From positions 1 to 38,851 of the forward strand of contig CAZBBK010000059.1 of assembly GCA_964490075.1 (NCBI GenBank): a DNA stretch of 38,851 nucleotides. Reading direction: 5' to 3'. The position numbers were made by a program, and so were the translations under genes. This stretch comes from an uncultured Gemmatimonadota bacterium (GTDB lineage: Bacteria; GCA-2686955). The notes beneath the pieces were generated by a model. That model worked only from the letters and a program-made list of their open reading frames with translations, searched no databases and was not told the DNA's origin. This document shows positions 1-10,383 of the stretch, piece by piece. How positions within the stretch are numbered: position 1 is the first letter of the stretch; every line of letters begins with the position of its first letter.

Positions 1-166
1 GGGTCCCCCCTGGGGGGGGGCGGGCCCGACTTTTGGGTGGGGGGGGGGGGGGGGGATTTCGCCACCCACGGAGCGCGATGGAACCGGTTCCGCTTCCGCA
101 TTCGCTGGCCGAGCTCCCTTTCCCTCCCTCTTCTACAATCCCGACCCGACCCCGCCCTCCTTCTCT

Positions 167-196
167 TTGACGCCGCTCCCACCCCTGGACTATCGT
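167..196 (+). promoter_or_regulatory. Putative sigma-70 promoter of groES-groEL
   Basis: TTGACG (167-172), 18-nt spacer, TATCGT (191-196), about 115 nt before the groES ATG. Close to the low-quality window end. Confidence 0.45.
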
Positions 197-310
197 CCTG
201 CGGATCGGCTCGTCGCGCGTTGGCGTGAAGAGGGCGAGCCCCGCGCTGTGTCGCGGCCCGAAAGGGCCGAATCGACGTCCGGCACAACCTTCAAACGTTT
301 GGAGACCACC

Positions 311-616
311 ATGCCCGCGTCCGCTGTGAAAGTGCGCCCGCTGGCCGACCGCGTTCTGATCCGACCCCTCTCCGAGACCGAGGAGAAGGTCGGCAGCATC
401 ATCATCCCCGACACCGCCAAGGAGAAGCCGCAGGAAGGCGAGATCGTCGCCGTCGGCGGCGGCAAGACCAACGACGAGGGCGTGCTGGTCGGGGTGGAGC
501 TGAAGGTCGGCGACCGGGTGCTCTACGGAAAGTACTCCGGCACCGAAGTGCGCCTCGACGACGAGGACTATTTGATCGCGCGCGAGAGCGATGTGCTCGC
601 CGTGATCACCGGCTAA
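311..616 (+). CDS. groES: Co-chaperonin GroES
   Basis: [10 protein letters not shown]...[24 protein letters not shown]...[14 protein letters not shown]...[14 protein letters not shown] at 301-304 before ATG 311 (start moved from ORF-track 167). Confidence 0.98.
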   Translation: MPASAVKVRPLADRVLIRPLSETEEKVGSIIIPDTAKEKPQEGEIVAVGGGKTNDEGVLVGVELKVGDRVLYGKYSGTEVRLDDEDYLIARESDVLAVITG

Positions 617-2302
<1,686 letters not shown>

Positions 2303-2363
2303 TCGCGAGCGTTCCCGCCGGAGCCCACCCACAGCAGGTTCCGGCCGGGGGCGCGTCCCGCGA
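2303..2363 (+). terminator. Long GC-rich stem-loop after groEL (terminator or mRNA-stabilising hairpin)
   Basis: Nested pairings TCGCG/CGCGA, GCGTTCCC/GGGGGCGC and GCCGGAGCC/GGTTCCGGC starting right after the stop codon; no U-tract. Confidence 0.4.
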
Positions 2364-2377
2364 CGGGGAGGTGCGCC

Positions 2378-3538
2378 ACGGAGCGCTCGAACAAACGCCT
2401 GAGGTCCTTGCCCGAGTACGCCCTGGCCGAGGTGCAACGACTCGCCCGCGAGGCGCGCGAGGCCGGGCGCGAGGTGATCGATCTGGGGGTCGGGGATCCG
2501 GATATCCCCACCCCGGAGCCGATCGTCGAGCGCGCCCGGAGAGCCCTGGGCGACGCCGTCAATCACCGCTATCCCTTCGGTTTCGGCCTGATGGAGTTCC
2601 GCGAAGCGGCGGCCGACTACCTGCGGCGGCGCTTCGGAGTCGAGGTCGATCCGCGCACCGAGATCCTGCCCCTGACCGGCTCCAAGGACGCCATCGCCCA
2701 TCTGCCGCTGGCGTTGCTCGACCCCGGCCAGGCGGTGCTCTTCAGCGAGCCGGGCTACCCGGCCTACCGGGCCTCGGCAATTTTCGCCGACTGCGAGCCG
2801 CAGGGACTGCCCCTGCGGGAGGCCGAGGGTTACTTGCCGCGCCTGGAGAATGTCGACGCCGATCTGGCAGGGCGGACCGGTCTGGTCTTCCTCAACTATC
2901 CCAACAATCCGACCGGCGCCTGCGCGTCGCCGGAGCTGCTGGGCGATGCCGCCGACTGGACCGCCGAGCGGGGCGCGGTGCTGTGCCACGACGCTCCCTA
3001 CCTCGAGGTCACCTATTCCGAAGAGAGGGCCCCTTCGGCTCTGGCCGCGCGGCCCGGCGCGCCACACCTGATCGAGCTGCACTCGCTCTCGAAGACCTTC
3101 TCGATGTGCGGCTGGCGGATCGGTTTCGCGGCCGGATCGGCGGAACTGCTGGCGGCCCTGGGTCACGCCAAGAACTACATCGATACCGGCACCTTTCTGG
3201 TGGTCCAGCACGCCGCCGCCGAGGCCCTGAACCGCGCCGAGGAGCTGATTCCGCCGCTCCTGGAGATCTACCGGCGGCGCCGCGATCTGCTGGTGGAGGG
3301 ATTGCGCGCCGCCGGCTGGCGTGTCGAGCCTCCCGCGGGTACCTTCTATCTCTGGACCCGGGTGCCGACCGGCGAGACTTCGATCGAGTTCAGTCGCAGG
3401 ATTCTGGCGCAGCACGCGGTCGTGATCACGCCGGGTTCCGGGATCGCCGCCGCCGGAGAGGGCTATCTGCGCCTCTCCTTCACCGCATCCGAGGATCGCA
3501 TCGCCAGAGCATGCGAGAGGTTGCGCCGATCGACATGA
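2378..3538 (+). CDS. Class I/II PLP-dependent aminotransferase, LL-diaminopimelate aminotransferase (DapL/DapC)-like
   Basis: IDLGVGDPD, LTGSKDAIAH, NYPNNPTGA, HDAPY, HSLSKTFSMCGWRIGF (PLP lysine), GEGYLRLS. Start uncertain: ACG 2378 behind GGAGGT SD, or TTG 2408. Confidence 0.85.
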   Translation, partial: TERSNKRLRSLPEYALAEVQRLAREAREAGREVIDLGVGDPDIPTPEPIVERARRALGDAVNHRYPFGFGLMEFREAAADYLRRRFGVEVDPRTEILPLTGSKDAIAHLPLALLDPGQAVLFSEPGYPAYRASAIFADCEPQGLPLREAEGYLPRLENVDADLAGRTGLVFLNYPNNPTGACASPELLGDAADWTAERGAVLCHDAPYLEVTYSEERAPSALAARPGAPHLIELHSLSKTFSMCGWRIGFAAGSAELLAALGHAKNYIDTGTFLVVQHAAAEALNRAEELIPPLLEIYRRRRDLLVEGLRAAGWRVEPPAGTFYLWTRVPTGETSIEFSRRILAQHAVVITPGSGIAAAGEGYLRLSFTASEDRIARACERLRRST

Positions 3539-3927
3539 CAGCCATCCCCGCCGAGATCCGCTTGCGCCGGGTGCGGGTGCCGGTGCGGATCGGCGTCGGC
3601 GAAGGGGAGCGGGCCGAGCCGCGGACGCTGGCGATCGATCTGGCCCTGGTCGTCGATCTGCCCATCGATGCCGAGGGGCGTATCGAGGACCGGCTCGGCA
3701 CCACGGTGGACTATGGGGCGCTGCAAGGCCTGATCGTCGAGCTGGCCGAGCGGAGCGAGTACCGCCTGCTCGAGACCTTCGCGGTCGAGCTGCGGCGTGC
3801 CGTCGCCGCGGCTTTCCCACGGGTGCGCGAGATCAAGGTGCGCTGCACCAAGCCGCGGCCGCCCTTGCCCGGCGAGGTGGCGGCGGCGGAGGTCGTGGTC
3901 CCGGCGGCCGCGTCGGAGGCGCCTTGA
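3535..3927 (+). CDS. folB: Dihydroneopterin aldolase
   Basis: IGVGEGERAEPRTLAIDL, TVDYGAL, YRLLETFA, VRCTKP; ATGA overlap with the upstream stop; directly before folK. Confidence 0.85.
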   Translation: MTAIPAEIRLRRVRVPVRIGVGEGERAEPRTLAIDLALVVDLPIDAEGRIEDRLGTTVDYGALQGLIVELAERSEYRLLETFAVELRRAVAAAFPRVREIKVRCTKPRPPLPGEVAAAEVVVPAAASEAP

Positions 3928-4442
3928 CCCGCTTCTTCGCCGCGTTGGGATCGAATCTCGGCGACCGTGAGTGGGCGCTCCGTGCGGCGCTGGAGACGAT
4001 CGGGCGGGCGCCGGGGGTTGCCGTCGATCGGGTCTCGTCGATCTACGAGACCGAGCCGGTCGGTCCGCCGAATCAGCCCGACTACCTGAACGCCGTGTTC
4101 GGCGGCGAGACCCTGCTAGATCCGCTGCGGCTGTGGCGACTCTTTCGAAGCACCGAGATTGGACTCGGACGGCGGGTCCGGCGGCGCTGGTGCGCGCGGG
4201 AGATCGACATCGATCTCCTGATGATGGAAGATCGACACATGCGAAGCGCCGAGCTGACCCTGCCCCATCCTCGGATGTGCGGGCGTCGTTTCGTGCTGGA
4301 GCCCTTGGTGGAGTTGGCGCCGGAGCTGCGTCATCCGCTGCTGGGCCTGACCATGGCGGAGCTGCTGCGGCGCTGCCCGCGCGGTCACGCGCTGCGGCGC
4401 CTGGGCGCGCTGAGCGAAGTCGGAGCGCCGCTGCCATGTTGA
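3924..4442 (+). CDS. folK: 2-amino-4-hydroxy-6-hydroxymethyldihydropteridine diphosphokinase
   Basis: ALGSNLGDR, SSIYETEPVG, QPDYLNAV, RWCAREIDIDLL, LTLPHPRMCGRRFVLEPL; TTG start overlapping the folB stop. Confidence 0.95.
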   Translation: MTRFFAALGSNLGDREWALRAALETIGRAPGVAVDRVSSIYETEPVGPPNQPDYLNAVFGGETLLDPLRLWRLFRSTEIGLGRRVRRRWCAREIDIDLLMMEDRHMRSAELTLPHPRMCGRRFVLEPLVELAPELRHPLLGLTMAELLRRCPRGHALRRLGALSEVGAPLPC

Positions 4443-5152
4443 AGACTCCGGCCTACATCGTGGTCGAAGGAGTGATCGGCGTTGGCAAGACCACCCTGGC
4501 GACCATGCTCGCCGAGCACCTGGGCGGCAAGCTGGTAAAGGAAGAGGTCGGGGAGAACCCCTTCCTGGCCCGCTTCTACCGCGACCAGGAGACGTTCCGC
4601 TTCCAGACCCAGATCTACTTCTTGCTCTCGCGTTTCCGCCAGCAAGGAGAGCTGGCCGAGCCCGATCTCTTCTCCCAGTACGTGGTCTCGGACTACCTCT
4701 TCGCCAAGGACCGCATCTTCGCCTGCCAGAACCTCGACGACGACGAGCTGGCGCTCTACGACCGGGTCCACAACGCTCTCGCGGAGCAGACCCCGAAGCC
4801 CGACCTGGTGCTCTACCTGCAGGCCAGCACCGATGTGCTGATGGAGCGCATCCGACGCCGCGATCGAGAGTTCGAGCGTTCGATGGATCGGGACTACATT
4901 CAAGGGTTGAACGAGGCCTACAACTACTTCTTCTTCCATTACGAGAGCTCGCCCCTCTTGGTGGTCAACACCGATCATATCGACATCGTCGCGCGGCGCT
5001 CGCATTTCGAAGACCTGGCGCGGGAGGTCCTGGCCGGCGCCAGCGGAACCCGCTACTACGTGCCGCGCGTCGCGCGGGCGGGGGAGGCGGACGCGGGTGA
5101 GGGCGCGCGGGACGAGCCGGGCGAGCAGAGCGAGGAAGGGGCGTTGCCATGA
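4436..5152 (+). CDS. Deoxynucleoside kinase (dNK family)
   Basis: YIVVEGVIGVGKTTLA P-loop, ENPFLARFY, FQTQIYFLLSRF, PDLVLYLQAS, RIRRRDREFE; usual folK-dNK-panB context. Confidence 0.92.
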   Translation: MLKTPAYIVVEGVIGVGKTTLATMLAEHLGGKLVKEEVGENPFLARFYRDQETFRFQTQIYFLLSRFRQQGELAEPDLFSQYVVSDYLFAKDRIFACQNLDDDELALYDRVHNALAEQTPKPDLVLYLQASTDVLMERIRRRDREFERSMDRDYIQGLNEAYNYFFFHYESSPLLVVNTDHIDIVARRSHFEDLAREVLAGASGTRYYVPRVARAGEADAGEGARDEPGEQSEEGALP

Positions 5153-6012
5153 AGGCGATCACGGTGCAGTCGATCCTCAAGATGAAGCGCGAGGGCCGCC
5201 GCATCGTCATGGTGACCGCCTACGATCATCTTTTCGGCACCCTGGCGGACGAATCGGGGATCGACATCATCCTGGTGGGAGATTCCTTGGGAATGGTGGT
5301 CCAGGGGCGCCCCACGACCCTCGGTGTGACCCTCGACGAGATGATCTACCACACGCGTTGCGTGATGGCTCGCCCACGGCGCTGCCTGGTGGTCGGCGAT
5401 CTGCCCTTCGGCTCCTACCAGGCGTCGGTCGCCCAGGCGGTCGAATCGGCCTGCCGGATGATGGCCGAGAGCGGTTGCGGCGCGGTCAAGCTGGAAGGGG
5501 GGCAGGAATTCGCCGACCGGGTCGAGGCGATCGCCCGGGCGGGCATTCCGGTGATGGGACACGTCGGCCTGACTCCCCAGTCGATCCACAAGTTCGGTGG
5601 CTACAAGCTGCAGGGCCGCAATGCGCGCAGCGCGAAAGAGATCCTGCGCGGCGCGCGGGCGCTGCAAGACGCGGGAGCTTTCGCGGTGGTGCTGGAAAAG
5701 GTGCACGCCCAGGTTGCCGCGCAGGTCACGGAGGCCCTGGAGATTCCCACCATCGGCATCGGTGCCGGCCCCCACTGCGACGGCCAGGTGCTGGTGCTGC
5801 ACGATCTGCTCGGCCTCTTCGAGGACTTCCAGCCGCGCTTCGTCAAGCGCTATGCGCGCCTCGCCCGCCAGATTCGCGAGGCGCTGCGCGGCTACGCGCG
5901 CGAGATCCGCGAGGGCGCCTTTCCGGGGCCGGAGCACAGTTACGGCGCGGGTGGAAACTCGGTGGGCGAGACGCGGCCCGAGACCGCCGGCGGCGAAGAG
6001 GCCGGCCGATGA
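5149..6012 (+). CDS. panB: 3-methyl-2-oxobutanoate hydroxymethyltransferase
   Basis: MVTAYD, ILVGDSLGMV, DLPFGSY, AVKLEGG, GHVGLTPQS, PTIGIGAG, DGQVLVLHDLLG. Confidence 0.98.
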   Translation: MKAITVQSILKMKREGRRIVMVTAYDHLFGTLADESGIDIILVGDSLGMVVQGRPTTLGVTLDEMIYHTRCVMARPRRCLVVGDLPFGSYQASVAQAVESACRMMAESGCGAVKLEGGQEFADRVEAIARAGIPVMGHVGLTPQSIHKFGGYKLQGRNARSAKEILRGARALQDAGAFAVVLEKVHAQVAAQVTEALEIPTIGIGAGPHCDGQVLVLHDLLGLFEDFQPRFVKRYARLARQIREALRGYAREIREGAFPGPEHSYGAGGNSVGETRPETAGGEEAGR

Positions 6013-6869
6013 TCGTTGCCCGAACCATCGGCGATCTGGAGCGGGCCCGCGCCGAAATCGAAGGGGCGGATGTCGCATTCGTGCCCACGATGGGCTATCT
6101 GCACTCAGGGCATCTCTCGTTGGTCCGGCTGGCGGGGCAGCGCTGCGAATCTGTGGTGGCCTCGATCTTCGTCAATCCGCTGCAGTTCGGTCCCGGCGAG
6201 GATCTCGAGCGCTATCCGCGCGACGAGGCGGGCGATCTGCAGAAGCTGGAGCGTGAGGGGACCGACATCGCCTTCTTGCCGGAGGTCGCCGAGCTCTATC
6301 CGAGCGGCTTCGCCACCACTCTTCGGGTAGGGGGATCGCTCACCGAGAGACTCTGCGGCGCGGCTCGTCCGGGCCATTTCGACGGCGTGGCGACCGTGGT
6401 GGCACGTCTCTTCGGCCTCGTCCGGCCGCGGCTTGCGGTGTTTGGCCGCAAGGACTTCCAGCAGCTGCAAGTGGTCCGGCGGATGGTCGCCGACCTGGCG
6501 CTGGGGGTCGAGATCGTCGGCGCGCCGATCGTGCGCGAGGCCGACGGGCTGGCGCTGAGCAGCCGCAACGCCTACCTGAGCCCGGAGCAGCGCGCCGAGG
6601 CGCCGGCCCTGAGCCGGGCCCTGGCTGCCGGGCGCCGGGCGATCGAGACCGGCGAACGCTCGGCGGCTGCGGTGATCCACTGCATGCTGGCGGTCCTGGA
6701 CCGGGCGAAGGAACTGCGCCCGGAGTACGTGGAGCTGGTCCGCCCGAACGATCTGGCGCCAGTCGACACGGTCCAGGGCGCGGTGGTGCTGGCGCTGGCG
6801 GCCCGCGTCGGCGCGACGCGGCTGATCGACAACTGCGAGGTCGACTCGCGAAACAGCGGAGGAGCATGA
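6009..6869 (+). CDS. panC: Pantoate--beta-alanine ligase
   Basis: FVPTMGYLHSGHLSL, SIFVNPLQF, RPGHFDGVATVV, FGRKDFQQ, READGLALSSRNAYL, TRLIDN. Confidence 0.98.
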   Translation: MIVARTIGDLERARAEIEGADVAFVPTMGYLHSGHLSLVRLAGQRCESVVASIFVNPLQFGPGEDLERYPRDEAGDLQKLEREGTDIAFLPEVAELYPSGFATTLRVGGSLTERLCGAARPGHFDGVATVVARLFGLVRPRLAVFGRKDFQQLQVVRRMVADLALGVEIVGAPIVREADGLALSSRNAYLSPEQRAEAPALSRALAAGRRAIETGERSAAAVIHCMLAVLDRAKELRPEYVELVRPNDLAPVDTVQGAVVLALAARVGATRLIDNCEVDSRNSGGA

Positions 6870-7840
6870 CCGATCCGATGACCTCGGTGATTCTGGCGGC
6901 CGGACTGGGCACGCGCATGCGCTCGCGGCGGGCCAAGGTGCTGCACCAGATCGGTGGGCGGACGCTGCTCGAATGGGTGCTCGATGCGCTCGGCGAGGCC
7001 GGCGTCGAGCGCCACGTGGTGGTCGTCGGGCACCAGGCGGCGGAAGTGCGAGCCGCGGCCGGCGGGGCGGGCGTGCGCTTCGCGCTGCAGGAGCCGCAGC
7101 ACGGCACCGGGCACGCGCTGCAGTGCGCCGCCGCCGAGCTGCCGGCCGGCGACGAAGTGGTGCTGGTCACGGTCGGCGATGCGCCCCTGGTCAGGCCGGC
7201 GACCTACCGGATGCTGCTCGACCGCCACCTCGAGCGGGGAGCCGACGCGACCGTGCTGACGGCGCGGCCGGCCGATCCGGAGGGCTACGGACGGGTGCTG
7301 CGCGAGGGGACCGGCGGGCCGGTGCTGGGAATCGTCGAGCAGCGCGACGCGTCGCCCGAAGAGCGCGCCGTGGGCGAGGTCAACAGCGGCATCTATGCCT
7401 ACCGTGCCCGCGCCCTGCATCGGGCGCTGGGCGATCTGCGCCCCGACAACGACCAGGGCGAGCTCTATCTGACCGACACGGTCGGCTCGATCGTCGCGGC
7501 CGGCGGCGACGTGCACGCGGTCTGCGCCGCGGACCCGGACGAGCTGATGGGCATCAACACCCGTGCGCAGCTGGCGCAGGCCGGTGCGGTGCTGATCGAG
7601 CGCAAGATCGACGCCCTGATGGCGGCGGGGGTGACGATCGAGCAGCCGCGAGCCACCTGGATCGAGCCCACGGTGAGCATCGGCGCCGACACCGTCGTGG
7701 AGCCTTTCGCCCATCTCAGCGGAGGCACCCGAATCGGCATCGGCTGCCGCATCGGCGCCGGGGCGATCCTGCGCGATGTCGTGGTCGAGGACGGTGACGA
7801 TGTAGCGGCGGGAGCCAGCCTCGATGGAGCGGCGCGATGA
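6866..7840 (+). CDS. GlmU-like N-acetylglucosamine-1-phosphate uridyltransferase, C-terminally truncated (short hexapeptide remnant only)
   Basis: ILAAGLGTRMRS..AKVLH, QEPQHGTGHAL, GYGRV, IVEQRDA, EVNSGIY, DNDQGELYLTD, MGINTRAQLA, then only a few left-handed beta-helix repeats; 324 aa. Confidence 0.85.
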   Translation: MTDPMTSVILAAGLGTRMRSRRAKVLHQIGGRTLLEWVLDALGEAGVERHVVVVGHQAAEVRAAAGGAGVRFALQEPQHGTGHALQCAAAELPAGDEVVLVTVGDAPLVRPATYRMLLDRHLERGADATVLTARPADPEGYGRVLREGTGGPVLGIVEQRDASPEERAVGEVNSGIYAYRARALHRALGDLRPDNDQGELYLTDTVGSIVAAGGDVHAVCAADPDELMGINTRAQLAQAGAVLIERKIDALMAAGVTIEQPRATWIEPTVSIGADTVVEPFAHLSGGTRIGIGCRIGAGAILRDVVVEDGDDVAAGASLDGAAR

Positions 7841-8304
7841 GCAGCTCTCGTTCGCGCACCCGGCGGCGCGGGCGCCGCGCCGCGCCGGCCTCGACCCAGG
7901 CGATCCTGGTCATGCTGCTGCTGGGCACGCTCGCCATGGTGGGGCTCTACTCGCTCGCCGCGGAGCTGGTCAGCGAAAGAACGATCCTGCGCGGCGCCGA
8001 CGTCGACATCGACGGCCGCCCGCGCCTGGAGATCCGCAACGGCTGCGGCGCCGCGGGTCTGGCCCAGGAGGCCAGACGGCGCCTCGTCGACCGGGGCTTC
8101 GACGTGGTGCACACCGGCAACGCGGACGACTTCCGGCACCTGCGCTCTGTCTTCATCGACCTCAAAGACGATCTTCCGCGGGCCCGCGCGCTGGCGGCGG
8201 CGATCGGCTGTCCCAACGCGATTCAGCAGATCGAGCCGGGCAACCTCGCCGACTTCGCCCTCGTTCTGGGCGCCGATCACCAGGAGCTCAAATGGCAGAA
8301 TTGA
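7837..8304 (+). CDS. Single-TM LytR C-terminal (LytR_C) domain protein
   Basis: Arg-rich N-terminus, one hydrophobic segment, then LEIRNGCGAAGLA...GFDVVHTGNADDF...LVLGAD, typical of LytR_C. Confidence 0.8.
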   Translation: MSSSRSRTRRRGRRAAPASTQAILVMLLLGTLAMVGLYSLAAELVSERTILRGADVDIDGRPRLEIRNGCGAAGLAQEARRRLVDRGFDVVHTGNADDFRHLRSVFIDLKDDLPRARALAAAIGCPNAIQQIEPGNLADFALVLGADHQELKWQN

Positions 8305-8720
8305 ACCGATCCGCGCGCCGCGCCGCGCTGCGGGCCGCCACCCTTGCGCTCGAGAAGAAGGCCGAGAACCTCCTGGTGCTCGAGGTGGGACACATCTCGA
8401 GCATCGCCGACTACCTGGTCCTCTGCAGCGCGCTTTCCGATGTGCAGGTGCGCGCGGTGGCGGAGTTCGTGCGGCGGAGCCTGCGCAACGAAGGAGTCCG
8501 CGCCCATCACACCGAAGGGGTCGAGCACGGCCACTGGATCCTCACCGACTACATCGACGTGGTTGTGCATGTGATGCAGCCGGCGGTGCGCGATTACTAC
8601 GACCTCGAAGGGCTCTGGGCCGACTGCCCGCAAAAGCGTTACGACGAATCTTCCGATCCCATGGAAGACCTCGACGGCTCCTGGGGCGAGAGCGGCGCGG
8701 GCGTGTCGCGTGCCTCCTGA
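8292..8720 (+). CDS. rsfS: Ribosome silencing factor RsfS (Iojap)
   Basis: EKKAENLLVLEV..ISSIADYLVLCSA.SDVQVRAVA, EG...WILTDYIDVVVHVM...RDYYDLEGLW. Confidence 0.95.
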   Translation: MAELNRSARRAALRAATLALEKKAENLLVLEVGHISSIADYLVLCSALSDVQVRAVAEFVRRSLRNEGVRAHHTEGVEHGHWILTDYIDVVVHVMQPAVRDYYDLEGLWADCPQKRYDESSDPMEDLDGSWGESGAGVSRAS

Positions 8721-8786
8721 GCCGATGTCGGTCATTTCCGGTGGGGAGCAGAGAAGCGGGCCGCGAGCCCTGGGCAAGGAGAAATC

Positions 8787-9692
8787 GTGAACCTATTGGT
8801 GGTCGGATCCGTGGCGCTCGACTCCGTGCGCACCCCGCGCGACGCCGTCGCCGATGAGCTGGGTGGCTCGGCAACGTACTCCGCTCTGGCCGCCAAGTCG
8901 TTGGCTGATACCGGCATCGTGGCGGTGGTGGGGGACGACTTCCCGGCCTCCTCACGGGCGCTCCTGGAACGCGCGGGGATCGATCTCGAGGGCCTGGAGT
9001 CGGTCCCGGGCCAGACCTTCCGCTGGGCGGGGGAGTACGGCGAGGACCCGAACGATCGCACCACCCTCGACACCCAGCTCAACGTCTTCGCCGAGTTCCG
9101 GCCCAAGCTCCCGCCGCGCCATCGCGCGACGGCGCATCTCTTCCTGGGGAACATCCATCCCGGCCTTCAGCGCGAGGTCCTCGACCAGGTGCAGGCTCCG
9201 CGCCTGGTGGCCTGCGACACCATGAACTTCTGGATCGAAGGGGAGCGTGCCGAGCTCGACAAGGTGCTGGGGCGTATCGACCTGTTGCTTGTCAACGATG
9301 AAGAGGTCAAGCTTCTTTCAGGTGAAATCAACCTGCTCCACGGCGCCCGCGCGATCCTGCGCATGGGTCCCAAGGCGGTCGTGGTGAAAAAAGGAGAGCA
9401 CGGTGCGATGCTGGTCACCGAAGACGGGCTCTTCGTCGCCCCGGCCTTGCCGCTGGAACAGGTGGTCGATCCGACGGGGGCCGGGGACTCGTTCGCCGGG
9501 GGCCTCATGGGGCGCCTGACCCGCGAGCCGCGCATCGACGACGCGGCGCTGCGCCGGGCCATCGTCTGGGGCACCGTCAGCGCCTCGTTCTGCGTCGAGC
9601 AGTTCGGGGTGCGCGGCCTCGAGCAGATGACTCCCGAGCAGCACCAGTCCAGACTGAAGGTCTACCGGGCGGCCACCCGAGTAGATTCCTGA
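8787..9692 (+). CDS. PfkB/ribokinase-family sugar or nucleoside kinase
   Basis: LLVVGSVALD, LGGSATY, DTMNFWI, VNDEE, VVKKGEHG, VDPTGAGDSFAGG; AAGGAG SD before GTG. Confidence 0.92.
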   Translation: MNLLVVGSVALDSVRTPRDAVADELGGSATYSALAAKSLADTGIVAVVGDDFPASSRALLERAGIDLEGLESVPGQTFRWAGEYGEDPNDRTTLDTQLNVFAEFRPKLPPRHRATAHLFLGNIHPGLQREVLDQVQAPRLVACDTMNFWIEGERAELDKVLGRIDLLLVNDEEVKLLSGEINLLHGARAILRMGPKAVVVKKGEHGAMLVTEDGLFVAPALPLEQVVDPTGAGDSFAGGLMGRLTREPRIDDAALRRAIVWGTVSASFCVEQFGVRGLEQMTPEQHQSRLKVYRAATRVDS

Positions 9693-9703
9693 GCACCAGA
9701 GGC

Positions 9704-10369
9704 ATGAAGAACAACCCAGTCAGCGACGTCGCCTCCGACACCCGGATCCAGGAGTGGATCGGGTCGATCCTTGCTGGAACGGCCGGGGTTCACGACGTGC
9801 GCGTGCTGGTGGGCGGCGACGACGAGGTGGACGGAGTGCTGCTGCGCGCCGACTCCGCCGAGATCGCCGAGGCAGTGCGAGCCAAGCTCGCCGCCGGCGC
9901 CGCCGGACCCGACGGCTATCGCCTCGATCCGGAGCACCTTTACGTCGCCCTGCCCTCGAGCGTGTCGCTGCCCGAGGGCGCTTTGGCCCGCATCGCGCTC
10001 GACGGCGTCGACGTGATGCTCTCGAACGAGCGCGCCCGGGTGCGAGTGCGCCTGGCCCGCGGCGCCCAGCAGGGAGTCGGCATCGAGTCCGGCGGGGGCG
10101 GACAGATCGGCATTCTGAGGCTGGTCTGCGAGGCGACCGTGGCGGCTCTCCGGGAGCTGGGGAGCTCGCTCGAGGGAACGGCACTGGAGTCGGTCACAGT
10201 GGCCGACACCGCGGGGCCGCAGGGGGCGCGGCGGATCGTGCTCACCGTGTTTCACGTCAGCGTCTCGGGCTGGGACGGCGAGCTGGTTGGAACGGCCGTG
10301 ATCCGCCGCACCGATGCCGAGGCCGCCGCCCGGGCCACGCTCGACGCGCTCAACCGCCACACCGGCTGA
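9704..10369 (+). CDS. Hypothetical protein ending in LVGTAV...AAARATLDALNR motif
   Basis: 221-aa ORF filling the gap between the PfkB kinase and purM, AGAGG SD, protein-like composition; no function recognised. Confidence 0.7.
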   Translation: MKNNPVSDVASDTRIQEWIGSILAGTAGVHDVRVLVGGDDEVDGVLLRADSAEIAEAVRAKLAAGAAGPDGYRLDPEHLYVALPSSVSLPEGALARIALDGVDVMLSNERARVRVRLARGAQQGVGIESGGGGQIGILRLVCEATVAALRELGSSLEGTALESVTVADTAGPQGARRIVLTVFHVSVSGWDGELVGTAVIRRTDAEAAARATLDALNRHTG

Positions 10370-10383
10370 CCGAAGCGAGGCGC

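Noticed and set aside
1-60. Poly-G/C runs and ORF 37..228 (MGGGGG...) at the left end
   Set aside because: Low-complexity sequence at the window edge, most likely a low-quality contig end; not treated as a G-quadruplex or gene.
2371-3534. Apparent long N-terminal extensions or fusions in the ORF track (FolB 518 aa, dNK 393 aa, PanC 590 aa, PurM 550 aa, BCCP 339 aa, mutase 687 aa, PorV 478 aa)
   Set aside because: Arg/Pro-rich off-frame read-through over the upstream gene; true starts lie at stop/start overlaps or behind SD sequences.
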